Assembly (NCBI GenBank): GCA_964016885.1
Contig: OZ024742.1
Span: 83,824,001 to 83,888,000, forward strand
DNA length: 64,000 nt
DNA from: Eledone cirrhosa
Taxonomy: Eukaryota
Direction: 5' to 3'
Shown here: piece by piece, positions 23,935 to 35,549 of the stretch
How positions within the stretch are numbered: the first letter of the stretch is position 1
How the letters are laid out: each line of letters starts with the position of its first letter
Position numbers and translations under genes: made by a program
The notes under the pieces: model-generated
Databases searched by the model: none
What the model was told of the DNA's origin: nothing
Seen by the model: the letters and a program-made list of their open reading frames with translations, nothing else

Positions 23935-25960
23935 TTGAGTTTGATTTTCTCAATGGTCCATTTCTCTTCAGCTGTTCTTTGGTTATTGATGATGGTTTCC
24001 ATGCATTGTTGGAAGTTATATTTTTTTTTTTATTCAAGCAATGCGATATCTTCAAATGTATGTGTGTTGCTGTTGGCAGTATTTTAGTTTAATTTTTTTG
24101 TTTGTTCTTTTTATTTTTCTGATAATAGTTTTTCTGCTTTGGGGATTCTGCACTTAGTTTTGTTCACAGATCTTGGTGGGGTATGTTTTGCACATAAGTT
24201 TGTGACAGTGTCTACAAAAATCTGCCAAGATGTTTTGATGTTGGTGGAGATGTGTGCATGTGTAAAAGACCAGTCAACATATGATATCTCATTCATGATT
24301 GCATTCCAGTTGGCATTATAGAGATCCATGTTATCAAATGGGTGGGCTGGAGAAAGGTCATAAGGATTAGCTTTCAGCTGGTTGAATCTCAGGTTACAGA
24401 GAACCATGTCCTGGTCTGTCTGAAAGAAGGGTTATTTCCACTAATATTTATAGTGTTAGTGTGGTTACTAAACACTAGGTCCAAAATATTCTGATATCTT
24501 GTTGGTGCAAGGACAAGTTGGGACAAGAAAGACTCATTCATAAAGTTGAGAAGTCATACTACTGCTTCTGTGTCAGTGGTTGAAGTGGGAGTGCCTGGTT
24601 CCAAACTGTTTGTAGACCAGTCAACACAGGGTAGATTAATGTCTTATCATGAGTATGCTACTAGAATGACACTGCTGAATAAAGTGCTTAATGCTGTTGA
24701 GGCATTCTTTAAAGTGCAGTATGGGTGCTTGGGGTGGCCTATAGATCCCAACTGCTATCAGGTCATTAGCTTTGTTGTGCACAGTGACTGATTCACATTA
24801 GCCATTGGAGAATGTGATATTCTCATCTGCTGTAAAGGAATCATGCAGGAAAATGGCAGTTCCACCCTTCCTTCTGTTGACATGATCCGAGCGAATGGTT
24901 GTGAAATTTCTCACGTTCACGTCGGCTTCCAAGTGGGAGTTATCAAGGTGGGTCTCAGTAAGAATTGGACCTTTCATTTTTGTGCATTGAGTAGAAATGT
25001 GGAGGCTTGTGTAGTGGCTGCTTTTGACTTGCAGGAGGCTTGTTTTGTGTTTGCATGTTAGTGACAGCAATGTGGGGAGTTGGTGCACTGGGGTAATAGC
25101 ATAGGATGGTGTTGAGTGATGGCTAGAAGGGTTTGTATCTCTTTTGCCATGTTCATCATGGCTAAAAAAGAATTTTCCTGCTTAGGGAGCAGTTTTTGAC
25201 TGGGGGTGTGGTTGCACTGTTGGATAGGGTTATAGTTTCCGCTTTTGTTGTTTTTGTGTCTTTGTGAAAAGACTGGACCAGCAATACTGCAGCAGTGAGT
25301 ATTTTTACTGTGGTTTGTGTATTGGCTTGGAGCCCCATTTCTGTTAGTGCATAGGGTCCCTGGAAGATGAGTGAAGGGACAGTCACACTGCGGGCATAGT
25401 CTCTCGCATTGGGAATACCAGCAGATTTTGGGGTATTGAGTTATGTGTGTTTCAGCGTTCAATTTACTATTTGTTGGTGTTGAAGTTGATATTATTGTGG
25501 GATGCGTGCTTTGGCCTTGGCTAGTAGTGTTTGTATGGATTGTACCTCTTGTCCCAGGTAGATGTGTGAAGATGCAGTCACTATGTGTGCAGAGCCTCTG
25601 ACATAGTGAATAGCTGCATATTTTGGGGTTTCTTGTTTGTGTCGCGGCGGCGGCATGCTGCTTCATAGATTTTGGTAGTTTTTTTTTTTTATAGTATTGT
25701 AGGATTGAGGTGGTGATGTGGGGGAAGAAAGCAGTGGTTTATTATTAGTAGTTGAGGTGGTAGAAGACAATGGTAGTGGTGGTGATAGTGATGATAATTG
25801 TGGTGGTTGCTGTGAAAGTGGTGAGTGAGAGAGTGCTGAAGAGAGACTGTTTTTGAGTAAATCTACTATTATGCTGGAATTTAGGAGTGGTTCTTCCTGT
25901 TGTTGCTGTGGCTGTTCTGATTGTTGTTCTTGATTTTGTGGCTGTTGCTGTTGACTAATA
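23935..25960 (-). mobile_element. 5' half of a CR1-group LINE: ORF1 with two CCCH-like zinc fingers plus decayed APE endonuclease
   Basis: ORF1 has KIC(S/W)YS.C.RLC...DC.FTHLPGT twice (25058-25666). APE motifs follow: LTETHL..RSDH..RKGGTAIF..IYRPP..PTRYQNILDLVF. Confidence 0.8.
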
Positions 25961-25968
25961 TTTGAAGA

Positions 25969-26328
25969 GAAAACTCTGATATAACACCTGCAACCCTGAT
26001 GGTATCCAATGATGTTGACCTGTTCTTCTTTTTGGTAAATATCATCTTGGTTAAGAGAGTGGGACTGGCTTTGTGCAGTGCCTTTGCTCACTATAAAAGC
26101 TTCACGGCACAGGCATTGGTTTATCTGGAGATCTCTCTGCACTTGTTGTCACATGGTACCATGGGCCCAGCACTATGTGTCAGTAATTGTCACAGGTGTA
26201 GTGTTTGTACCAGAGTTTTCAAGTCGCTGGCTGGACTAAAAAGTCACACTTATTCAGCGCATCGGTAGGGGTTCTCCTACATGGATATAAAGTAGTGGCC
26301 GTACTCGAAAACGAGTTGGCAGCCACCA
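25969..26328 (+). mobile_element. Bipartite RTE-derived element, 5'-truncated copy
   Basis: Reverse complement of 5030-5389. Retains CSVCTRVFKSLAGLKSHTYSAHR*. Confidence 0.85.
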
Positions 26329-26711
26329 TATATGTATGATTATGTGTATGTATATATATATATAGATGTATATATATGTGTATATATATATATATATATA
26401 TACATGTGTGTGTGTGTATTTGTGTGTATGTGTATCATCATCATCATGATAATGATATATATACATGTGTGTGTGTGTGTTTGTGTATTTGTGTGTATGT
26501 ATGTGTATTTGTACGTGTATGTGTATGTATGTATATATATATATGTATATGTATGTATATATATGTGTATGTATATATATATATGTGTGCATGTAATTGT
26601 GTGTGCATGTGTGTTTATTTTTCCTTTCCTTCTTCCTTTTCCAGCCTCACTTTCATATAGATTATATTTTTGGTTTTTAAAATCCAATGTCAATAAATAC
26701 ACCAGGATTTT

Positions 26712-26770
26712 TTCATTCTGATGATTGAAAGCAAAATTTGTTTGCTTTCAAGAAACCACTGGTTAATGAA
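26712..26770 (+). ncRNA. Minimal type-I hammerhead ribozyme in a short dispersed repeat
   Basis: UUCAUU-CUGAUGA-[11-bp perfect stem II]-GAAA-CCACUGG-UU-AAUGAA: complete core, 6-bp stem I, near-palindromic stem III. Confidence 0.78.
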
Positions 26771-26874
26771 ATAATTGCCATATGTTGTTTATTACATAAC
26801 TATTAAGCTCTGTAACCTACATAGAGCACTCTTTTTTCCTGGAACTTTCCGACGGAATTACTTCATATATATAT

Positions 26875-28706
26875 ACTAGCATTAAAGCCCGGCGTTGCTC
26901 GGGGTCATTAAGTTACCAAAGTTAGGTTACACCACCCATTTTATGGCAGCACTTTTTTGTCTGCCAGGCACTGGGTGAATGAATTGCAGAACCTGGAAGC
27001 ATGAGCTGCGCCAGCAGTGACAATTGTAGTTTCGCCTATGGATATTATCTCTGTGCAAAAAAGTGTTGAAATTTATTGTTTCACAGTACTTGCGCAACAC
27101 GCGCGTAGATGATGCCAGCCGAACAACAGAGCTGCGATGGAGTTGTTCTGCATGGTTGTCTGTGTGTTTTCTCAATTTAAGACAGTAGGGAGGGTTGTGA
27201 TATGAGGGAGAATTAGCTGTTGTTTCTAGCAGGTTTAGTGACCTCATAGAGGATATGTGTTTTCTAAATTTAAGACAGTAGGGAGTGGTGTGATATGGGG
27301 GAGAGTTAGCTGCTGTTTCTAGCAGGTTTAGTGACCTCATAGAAGATATGTTTTCTAAATTTAAGACAGTAGGGAGTGGTGTGATATGGGGGAGAGTTAG
27401 CTGCTGTTTCTAGCAGGTTTAGTGACCTCATAGAAGATATGTTTTCTAAATTTAAGACAGTAGGGAGGGGTGTGATATGGGGGAGAGTTAGCTGCTGTTT
27501 CTAGCAGGTTTAGTAACCTCACAGAAGATATGTGTTTTCTAAATTTAAGACAGTAGGGAGTGGTGTGAACGGACAGTATCACCATCAAGCTTGGAAAGAG
27601 AAAGTAGCAGAAAGTATGAAGTTGTATAGATTTTGAATGGTAGTAGAAAGAGTTCAGCAGTTTAAAGGAGAGAGAAAAATCGTAAAATATTGAGTTTTAT
27701 CTATTTTTTGCGTAATTGTGGGTGAAATTGAAAAAATGATCTGCGTCAAGACGCAATCGAAGCTATTTCGAATTCTGAATTGTAAATTTCAATTGAAGAA
27801 ATTCTATATCGTAGATTTCTATAACGAAGGAGCATGTCCACACACTGAGCTTTATAGATTATGATGATAAAGGGTGAAAGTTAGTTAAAGATAGATATTT
27901 TAATGTGAATGAAATGTGGAAAATTTATTTTGACCGTGGAAGGAAAAGAAACAAATATTTGGAGTTGAAAGAAATTGTTTAGGTAAGTATAGCGACAGAG
28001 TGTGTAAAGTGTATTGAAACGTGAGTTAAAAGAAAGAAAATGAAGTGAGATTTGTAAGAAAGGAAGTTGTTTACGTACGTGTGAAAATATTTGTGTAAAG
28101 TGTATAGAAACGTAAATTGAAACAAATAAAATGAACTGAAATTTTTAGAAAGGAATTTTTTTACGTACATGTTGCAAATGGCAAATGTTTGTGGTTATAA
28201 ATCCCGCACGTTGTTTAATTGAAGTGAGTGTGTGTTTGTATGCGTTTGGAAATAAATCAGTAAGTTTGAATTCCCGCACGTTGTTTAATTGAAGTGAGTG
28301 TGTGTTTGTATGCGTTTGGAAATAAATCAGTAAGTTTGAGGTATAAAAGAGAAAGTAGCAAAATGAGTGGGTTGTAGATAGAGGAGGAAGCAGATGATAT
28401 TATAGAGTAAAACGGACAGTATCACCATCAAGCTTGGAAAGAGAAAGTAGCAGAAAGTATGAAGTTGTATAGATTTTTAATGGTAGTTGAAAGAGTTTAG
28501 CAGTTTAAATGACAGAGAAAAATCGTAAAATATTGAGTTTTATCTATTTTTTGCGTAATTGTGGGTGAAATTGAAAAAATTATCTGCATCAAGACGCAAT
28601 CGAAACTATTTCGAATACTGAATGGTAAATTTCAATTGAAGAAATTCTATATCGTAGATTTCTATAACGAAGGAGCTTGACTACACACTGAGCTTTATAG
28701 ATTATG

Positions 28707-28707
<1 letters not shown>
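26875..28707 (-). mobile_element. Non-autonomous Helitron with internal tandem repeats
   Basis: Minus-strand 3' end has a hairpin ccgagcaacgccggg then gctag|t; the 5' end reads a|tcataatctataaagc. The 5' ~300 bp is duplicated (27568-27867 / 28411-28707), and there is a 69-bp tandem at 28202-28339. Confidence 0.8.
27161..27567. repeat. Minisatellite, 91-93-bp unit, about 4.4 copies
   Basis: gacagtagggag recurs at 27181, 27274, 27365, 27456 and 27549. Confidence 0.95.
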
Positions 28708-28752
<45 letters not shown>

Positions 28753-28949
28753 TGTGGAGGCACGTAGCCTAGTGGCAAGGGTTTGGACTTACGATCATAA
28801 TGTCGTGGGTTCGATTCCTGGGCTAGGTTGCGTGTTATGTTCTTGAGCAAAACAACGAAATGAATACAAATTCATATTAAAAAAATCCAATGAAAATATC
28901 CCCACAATTTTTGCAGCGGCATCCTTTTTTTTCTTTGTTGGCCTTCTAT

Positions 28950-30200
28950 CTCTCTCATACATCTGCCTCGACTCTGAGAGCGATGGTTATGTAAAGCAAT
29001 CCGGACTGAGTAAGCCACCGATGTGGGCAACAGGTACAGCTTTTAATGAATCTCACAAAAAATTCGCAGGGAGTAAGCGATATTGAATATTGATATGATT
29101 TATCAAAAATAGAGACGAAAATATGTTTTGATTGTAAATTGTCCCAGGGTATCTGAGTCAATTCATCCTACCCGAGAAGTAACAAATAAAATCCCCTCCT
29201 TAGTTTTAGAGCTTCATCCACTTCAATGCTGGAAAGAAAAGGATGTTATCAGGCAAAGATCAGGAAGCATGATTGAAACAGAGAGACAGAGAAAAGCAAT
29301 TTACGTAATCCAAGACCCTTCAATTATTTGTGTAACAACCTGGTCATAGAATTCTGGAGTGAAAGTTTCTCATAGATTATGTAAACAAAAGACGACGAGG
29401 GGAATTTAAATAAGGGCTTGCTTTGCGGATATGTAATAACTTGGAGATCAACGAGTAATTCTTAAGAATAAGAAAAGAAACCTTGGTGAGGTTCAGTTAC
29501 GACGTTTTTAAATTATCAAACAAGAATCATCAAGATACTAAACATTCAAATTGAAGTCAGGCTCCAGCCCAGTATTATCAAGGATGTACAGTGTAACTCT
29601 TGAGAAAGAGATTCGAAAGCTTTCTATAAACCTGCCATGAAAAGTGTGAAACTTTGGGGCCCTCTCTTTCACTGAGCTGAGGATGACATCACGTCTGTTT
29701 GAATTGAAAGCGTTCTTTGGATCAAGTTTCCGGACCCAAAAGTGTGTGTTCACAAATGTCCTCGTGGGATGGGCAGCAGCTTTACACTTCAATTTAGTAC
29801 CAAACTTGAGCTGGATGAGTACAAATCCTTAAGAGAAGTGACAGGAGAACGATGACCAACACGTTTTACCTTGAGGTTTCTCAAAGTAGACTCCCATTTC
29901 TCTACAGTGGAGAAAGGCATTAAGCCTTAGTAGTCAGAACTAGAGACACATGCAGAGGAAGGATAATCTCAGAATAATTAGTCAAAGCGTGATAATTTTG
30001 TGCGATATTGCCAAATCTCAAGGTCACTAACTCTGCTTGACAGGGAGATGTCGTTTGTAAGAGGCTGGTGGCGAAGGTCATAAATTTCGGGACCAACTCA
30101 CATATCTAACATTTGTCCTTAAATTACTCTTGGAATAAAATCTCAATTCTCTTCCTACAGTTGATAATTCAGCTGCGAAGTTGAAGTGATTATCTACCGG
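28950..30200 (-). mobile_element. Decayed CRE-clade (RLE-type) non-LTR retrotransposon, RT region
   Basis: QLKFGTKLKCKAAAHPTRTFV..KLDPKNAFNSNRRD, and downstream ITIALRVEADV, resemble CRE QLGFG..GCEAAAH..KLDFKNAFNS.RRD and .IALRLG. Confidence 0.7.
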
Positions 30201-30729
30201 ATATTTTAAATAATGCATTAAGGGTCATTATCATTTCCTTGGGGTGAAAAAAACAACACAATCGGTGTTGTTTTATGATTGTGGTCAGTTGTTCCACATC
30301 TAAACCGCACAGGTATTTTATTATCATGAGAAATCTGAACAATTGTTAAAAAGAAAAAGGAAAAAAAGGAACAATATATAAAAAAAACATTGTTTTCTTC
30401 AGATAAAACAAAAAACAGGAAGTATATCAAGCGGCTTCATGAGTTTGAATAATAAATGTATAAGATTTGGCACGGAACCATCGCCCGAAAGAAATTTTTA
30501 AAATGCTGAACAATTATCAATTGGTAATTATAGTATATTAGAAAACTAGTTGATAGTTATGTGTTAAGGTCATATCCAAAACAACATAACTTTTCAGTGT
30601 TTTACTTGTTGTTTTAAAACTCAGCTGAGTCTTGATTAAGCCAAACTATGACCGAAGCTATTGCATTCATTACTGAGTGTACAGAAAAGAAAGTTGATAT
30701 GTATGTGAACACACACACACACACACACA

Positions 30730-31000
30730 GTTAATAAATGAAACAAACAAAACACAGGAGGAAAATTTACACAGTTATGTTAGGGTCACGCGTGGAGGAG
30801 GTTTCAACGTTTCGGCCAGAATCACTTCTTCAGGTAAGCTCATAAGGAGAGAACAGATAGACGCAAGAGTAGTGTGAGAATGTTAGGGAAGGAAGTTAAA
30901 AAAGTGATAGGGGGGAGGTGGGTGAAAGATCCGGCAAGAGTAGAGGATATGGGTGTGGTTGTGAGTGTGTGTCGATAGATAATTAAATTAAGATGAAAAT
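30730..31000 (-). mobile_element. Penelope pLTR-like remnant with decayed hammerhead (30800-30838)
   Basis: Minus strand reads cttac-CTGAAGA-agtgattctggcc-GAAACGTT-gaaa with a palindromic AACGTT stem III; stems I and II are poor. Confidence 0.45.
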
Positions 31001-31104
31001 ATAGATGCCGCAATGCTGATAACTGTAACAATAGTTGAAAATATAAATAATAGTTGAATAAATCAAGTAAAGTAATCCTGGAGAGAGAACAAATGGAAAC
31101 AGAC

Positions 31105-31154
<50 letters not shown>

Positions 31155-31754
31155 ACGCACAAGAACAGTTCTAAGCTAGCCTCCAAAGAATATTAAAAAA
31201 ATTGATAAGATAACAAACACCTATTGAAGGGCGAGAAAGACAAGAGCAAACAAAAGGACACATACACATGAGCACAACAACTTTGGGGAGTGACATGCAT
31301 ACAGGCATATACACATAGGCCAAACAGAGAAGCTCGTAGAAATATCAGCACACAAATTACACACACACACGTGTGTAGACCATCTACACCAACAAAATAC
31401 ACGCTGGAGTAAACAGGACAATATAAGAACAAAAAGGAAACACAGTGGAGCAAGAATAGTCCTTGAGAATGTCACTGGGGTGTGCCGAAAATCTTTGATA
31501 ATCAAACAACTATTCATTGGTTACTAAACTAACCAATGAATAGATTAGTTATATAACTGGTGCCTGGGTTTTTATTGGAAGTATGACTCTTCCAAAGCAT
31601 AATACATATATTTCAACGCAAGTTGTCACATCACAACCTTGCAAAAAAAAGAAAAAAAAAAAAAAATTGAAGTATTGAATAGCTCAGTTCATTGATGACA
31701 CGTTTTTCTAAATAACTAACTTTCTTTTCTAACTGATTATCATTTCTTTTCAGG

Positions 31755-32490
31755 CAAATGATGATAGACATCAAGCTAATTCAACAAATGATAAGGCATG
31801 CTGTAATCATAACTATAAAGGCAGCGTATAGTGATTTAGAGATTGCTCGCTTCCTGAAAGTTGCACGAATATTTGTTGTCAAAGTTCGGCAAGAGCTGAA
31901 TGCCTCTGACGGGAATTTTACAGCAGTAGCCAAGAGTAAAACACTTACTAAGAACATCCAAATATGTACAAAAGGTACAGACAATTGTCAATAAGAACCC
32001 CAGAAAGTTAATTAGTGCCATTGCTAAAGTATTCAAAGTTTCAAGGTATGTGTTCGATGAACTTTGATACAAGCCATATGTGATGCGGAAAAGCCAATTC
32101 ATGCCTGCAAAGACAAAAGATAACCGACTGAATTGCGTAAAGTACTTGTTGATCAAGTTGAAACGTTAAATAACCTGGAATGCTTTGATTTTTATCTGAT
32201 GAGAAAAACTTTGATCAGGACCAAAAGGCCAACCGAAGGAAAAACATGCTTATGCAGAGACGTTACAATGGTCATGCATACAAAGTTTCTGGCAACTGTG
32301 ACGGTTCTGGGAGTTGTGTGTAGCGAGGGAGACATCATGCCACTTCACTTCTTTCCTCATGGTTTAAAGGTCGGTATGCTGACTATAAGGAGGTACTGGA
32401 AAGGGTTGTGACACTTCAGAAAGAGAGTTTAAGTAAAGGAAAACCGTAAACCTACCAACAAGACTCCACACCGTCTCATAAGGAAGGAGT
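31755..32490 (+). pseudogene. Decayed Tc1/mariner (DD37D/maT-like) transposase
   Basis: RHAVI..SDLEIARFLKVAR.FV.KVRQEL..VMHTKFLATVTVLGVVCSEGDIMPLHFFPHGLKV..YQQDSTPSHK, with frameshifts and stops. Confidence 0.85.
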
Positions 32491-32678
32491 CACAAGATTA
32501 TTCATGTCAACGTTATTCTAAAGTTCCTTCGGAAGACCCTCATTTCGATTCTTTTTAATCCTGATCGTATTTTTTCGGTCATTATTCAAAATTCCTGACC
32601 TTAGGTAAAGATTGGTACGAATGCCAAATTAGCGATAGCGAGTTTGGCTTTTACACCAACTTACCTTCTTATGACTGA

Positions 32679-32960
32679 ATGCTAGCTGACGAACAGTGTC
32701 GTTTTCACCCCGGAAACAGCACAGCCGACCAAATATTCACACTGCGGCAGGTCTTCGATAAATCGTGGAAGCATTGCCAAGAGTTGTATGCTTGTTTCGT
32801 AGACCTCGAAAAGGTATACAACCGTGTTCCATGGGACGTGTTGTTGAAGGTTCTGCAGGAGTATGGGATCAATGGACAGCTTCTTGTTACCCTGAAGTCT
32901 CTATATGAATTCCCTAGTATTTGTGTTCGGACAAATACTGATAAGTCGAATCCAATGTGG
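32679..32960 (+). mobile_element. RTE (Expander-like) RT fragment
   Basis: EQCRFHPGNSTADQIFTLRQ..ACFVDLEKVYNRVP..VLQEYGI. Confidence 0.85.
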
Positions 32961-33236
32961 TTCTCGGGCTCCGCCAATTATGATACAAAGGTAAAAAAAA
33001 ACATGGAAAAGTGGATGTAAGGTTGCTGAGAAGAAGGTAGAAGCTATATCAACAGTAAAAACCACTGTCATTTCCCTGTTTTTGGCAGCGTGACAGCCAG
33101 TTCGTTTCGTGTGTAATACTTCTGCAGACGGACATCCGAGTATACGCTTACGTATGTACGTATGGATTCCAAGATACATAAGCATAGACACACAATAGTC
33201 GACATGATTGAAGGATTCATAGTCTTGATTTATGTA

Positions 33237-33566
33237 CAGGGTGGTCCGAAAGTCTTGTCATCCCTTGTCACATATTGTTTTAACTTTCATTATTTTTTGT
33301 TTTAATAATATAATACATAATATCATTAATTATAATATATAATAATAATATAATTTTCTATTTCAGAGCTCCTACAGTTTGGATGAGAGTTTGTTTGCAA
33401 GTGTATGGATCGTGTGCATTCTGGCAAGAGCATGGAGGATGTGCCACATGACTTCACTGCAAGATTCGGCAAACCAGCTCCCCCGAAGAGGACGATACTG
33501 CGATGGGAACATAAACTGTTTCTCATTACTTTTTGGTAGAGGGTAACAAAATTTCGGACCACCCTG
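33237..33566 (+). mobile_element. Internally deleted Tc1/mariner element (MITE)
   Basis: ta|cagggtggtccgaaa ... tttcggaccaccctg|ta. The interior keeps an HTH remnant FTARFGKPAPPKRTILRWEHKLF. Confidence 0.9.
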
Positions 33567-34169
33567 TACATTTAGTATTCGTAAAAAATTATGGTGAAAT
33601 TAAAGTAAATATGAGCTTCCTCCTGCGCATACGCATGAGTATTGGCACACACATTAAACCACACCGGAAAAGGGTGTAGTGCCCCAGGTAGAGCAGTGCT
33701 CGTGCTTGGGCTGCCGTACCCTAATATGTCTATGTACATTTTTGCATACATTAAGTCCATCGACTACTTGTTAGGAAGTCAGTCCGAGCCATTCCGTGGG
33801 CTTGTTTGTAGACACCAGAAGGTTAGATCACACTATGGAGGCTGTCATTTTCTTGACATGACTGAAGGGTCCTCCTAGCACTTTGTTTATCCCCCACGGC
33901 TACATGCGCTTCACAAGAAGGGGGAAGCTGCTAGGAATGGGATCATAGGTGGGGGTGGGGGCATGTGCGGTCAGGTTGAAGTAGTGATGTTGAGGATAAC
34001 TGTTGGGGAATGCTAGTAGAGGCGGGGGCATGGGTATAGGTCAGGTCACATTATATGCTGCAGATCGGGTTTTCCTCAGTACTGCATAACACCAGCCCGC
34101 GCGGTCTTTAGTAATTTCAGTCGCGAGGTTTAGTTGTTTAAGGCATACTCGACTAATTTCTTTCTAGCC

Positions 34170-34750
34170 TAAGCAGGTCTTCTGCAGTTAAGGCCCATGT
34201 TTCACTGCCATGTAGCATAGCAGTTCGTACACAGGCATTATACAATCTACCCTTCACCCTGAGAGAAAAGCATTTTTGTTAGAAGTGGTAACATATCTCT
34301 AAACTTATTCCAACTTTCTCTTATCCTAGCTATCACACAACGTAAATTATGGACGCACAAGAGATGTAGTGGTTTTGCAGGTAGAATAACAGAAAATATA
34401 GACTGTATATGTGGGAGATGCACAGGGGAAGCAAGCACAAAAACATACGTAAAATAGATTCCAGTAACTTTCATGACTTGATCCATCAACTTGATACCTC
34501 TACAGTTGCTTGTCTCTTGTGCATCCCCTTTGCTCTTGTAGCATTTTACATTGACACTGCTGCACCAGTCGTTGGGTATGAAATCCTCCTATACTACTTG
34601 ACGAACTATGTGTCTAAATAGCTCGTATCCTACCACGCCAGATGCTTTTGGCATCTCAGCGACTATACCGGATGGACCAACTGCTTTACCTACATTCATG
34701 TCCTGAATTGCTTTATCTATCAAATTGCTGTCAACTTTTATGGCTGGTCA
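34170..34750 (-). mobile_element. Rearranged RTE RT fragments
   Basis: Minus strand gives KAVGPSGIVAEMPK and ARIRESWNKFRDMLPLL; a small plus-strand piece HKRCSGFAGR is embedded. Confidence 0.75.
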
Positions 34751-34771
34751 CTAAGTAGGGTCTGCATAGGG

Positions 34772-35164
34772 CACTCTGGGCCTCGAATAATCGTGTCCCC
34801 CACCCTGCATATTAATTTTTCAGATCCCCTCCCCTCGCTGATTAAATTTTGCTAATCTATCTCCGGTAAAATTTTAAGTGGAAGCAATCCTGCGACAATT
34901 AATTTTCTTTGTACATTAAAACACATTATACATAACAAAAAGAGTAGATTACTAGAAATCCCACACATTATAGAATAAATAGGATGCGGTTGGGTCTCAA
35001 TATGTAAACTAAACGACTAATTCTGTTTTTGAAAAAAAAATCAACGTAGACAACCTATAAAAATTACCGATTTGTCAACGCCACCCCCGCTTATTTCAAT
35101 CACCCCGCTTATTCCAACTGCCCCACTTATTCCAACGCCCCCGTTTATTTGGGACCCGAGAGTA
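34772..35164. mobile_element. MITE with subterminal ccccgcttattccaa repeats (one terminus also at 6461-6512)
   Basis: actctgggcctcgaataa ... ttatttgggacccgagagta. Confidence 0.6.
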
Positions 35165-35549
35165 GGCCCTCGCTATTCCATTCATTTTCCTCATTCAGCA
35201 GTCTCTCATTGTATATCTTCCATGCCTCCTTCTTTTCGGCGTCAGACAGGGCAGGTGCTCCACTATAATTTCGGGGACACTTTTCTAAACCAACAGAGCA
35301 CGATTTTCTCTAGCATACTGTCTCGCAATTCTGAACACTTCACGCCTCTGATCTTCACAGCTCAGAACATGTACAAACTCCTTCTTTTCGGCCTCTCCCC
35401 TCGCTTGTTATACTTGGCGTCTAGCCTCCCCTGTTGCCATCTGGTATTGCTTTCTGTCTCCCCGACTTTTCCATTTTCTCCAAGCTTGTCTTTTTATTTT
35501 AATGGCTCTTTCTAGTGGAGTGATTCATGTTTGTGCTTTTTTGCTGGAG

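Noticed and set aside
27161-27567. Regularly spaced repeats as a CRISPR array, or as a 31-aa repeat protein
   Set aside because: There are no unique spacers and no cas genes, and the context is eukaryotic. The 91-bp units break the reading frame.
28754-28855. tRNA gene-like sequence (also at 17810-17880 and 41395-41490)
   Set aside because: The A/B boxes run into SINE body sequence and no complete cloverleaf forms; these are SINE heads.
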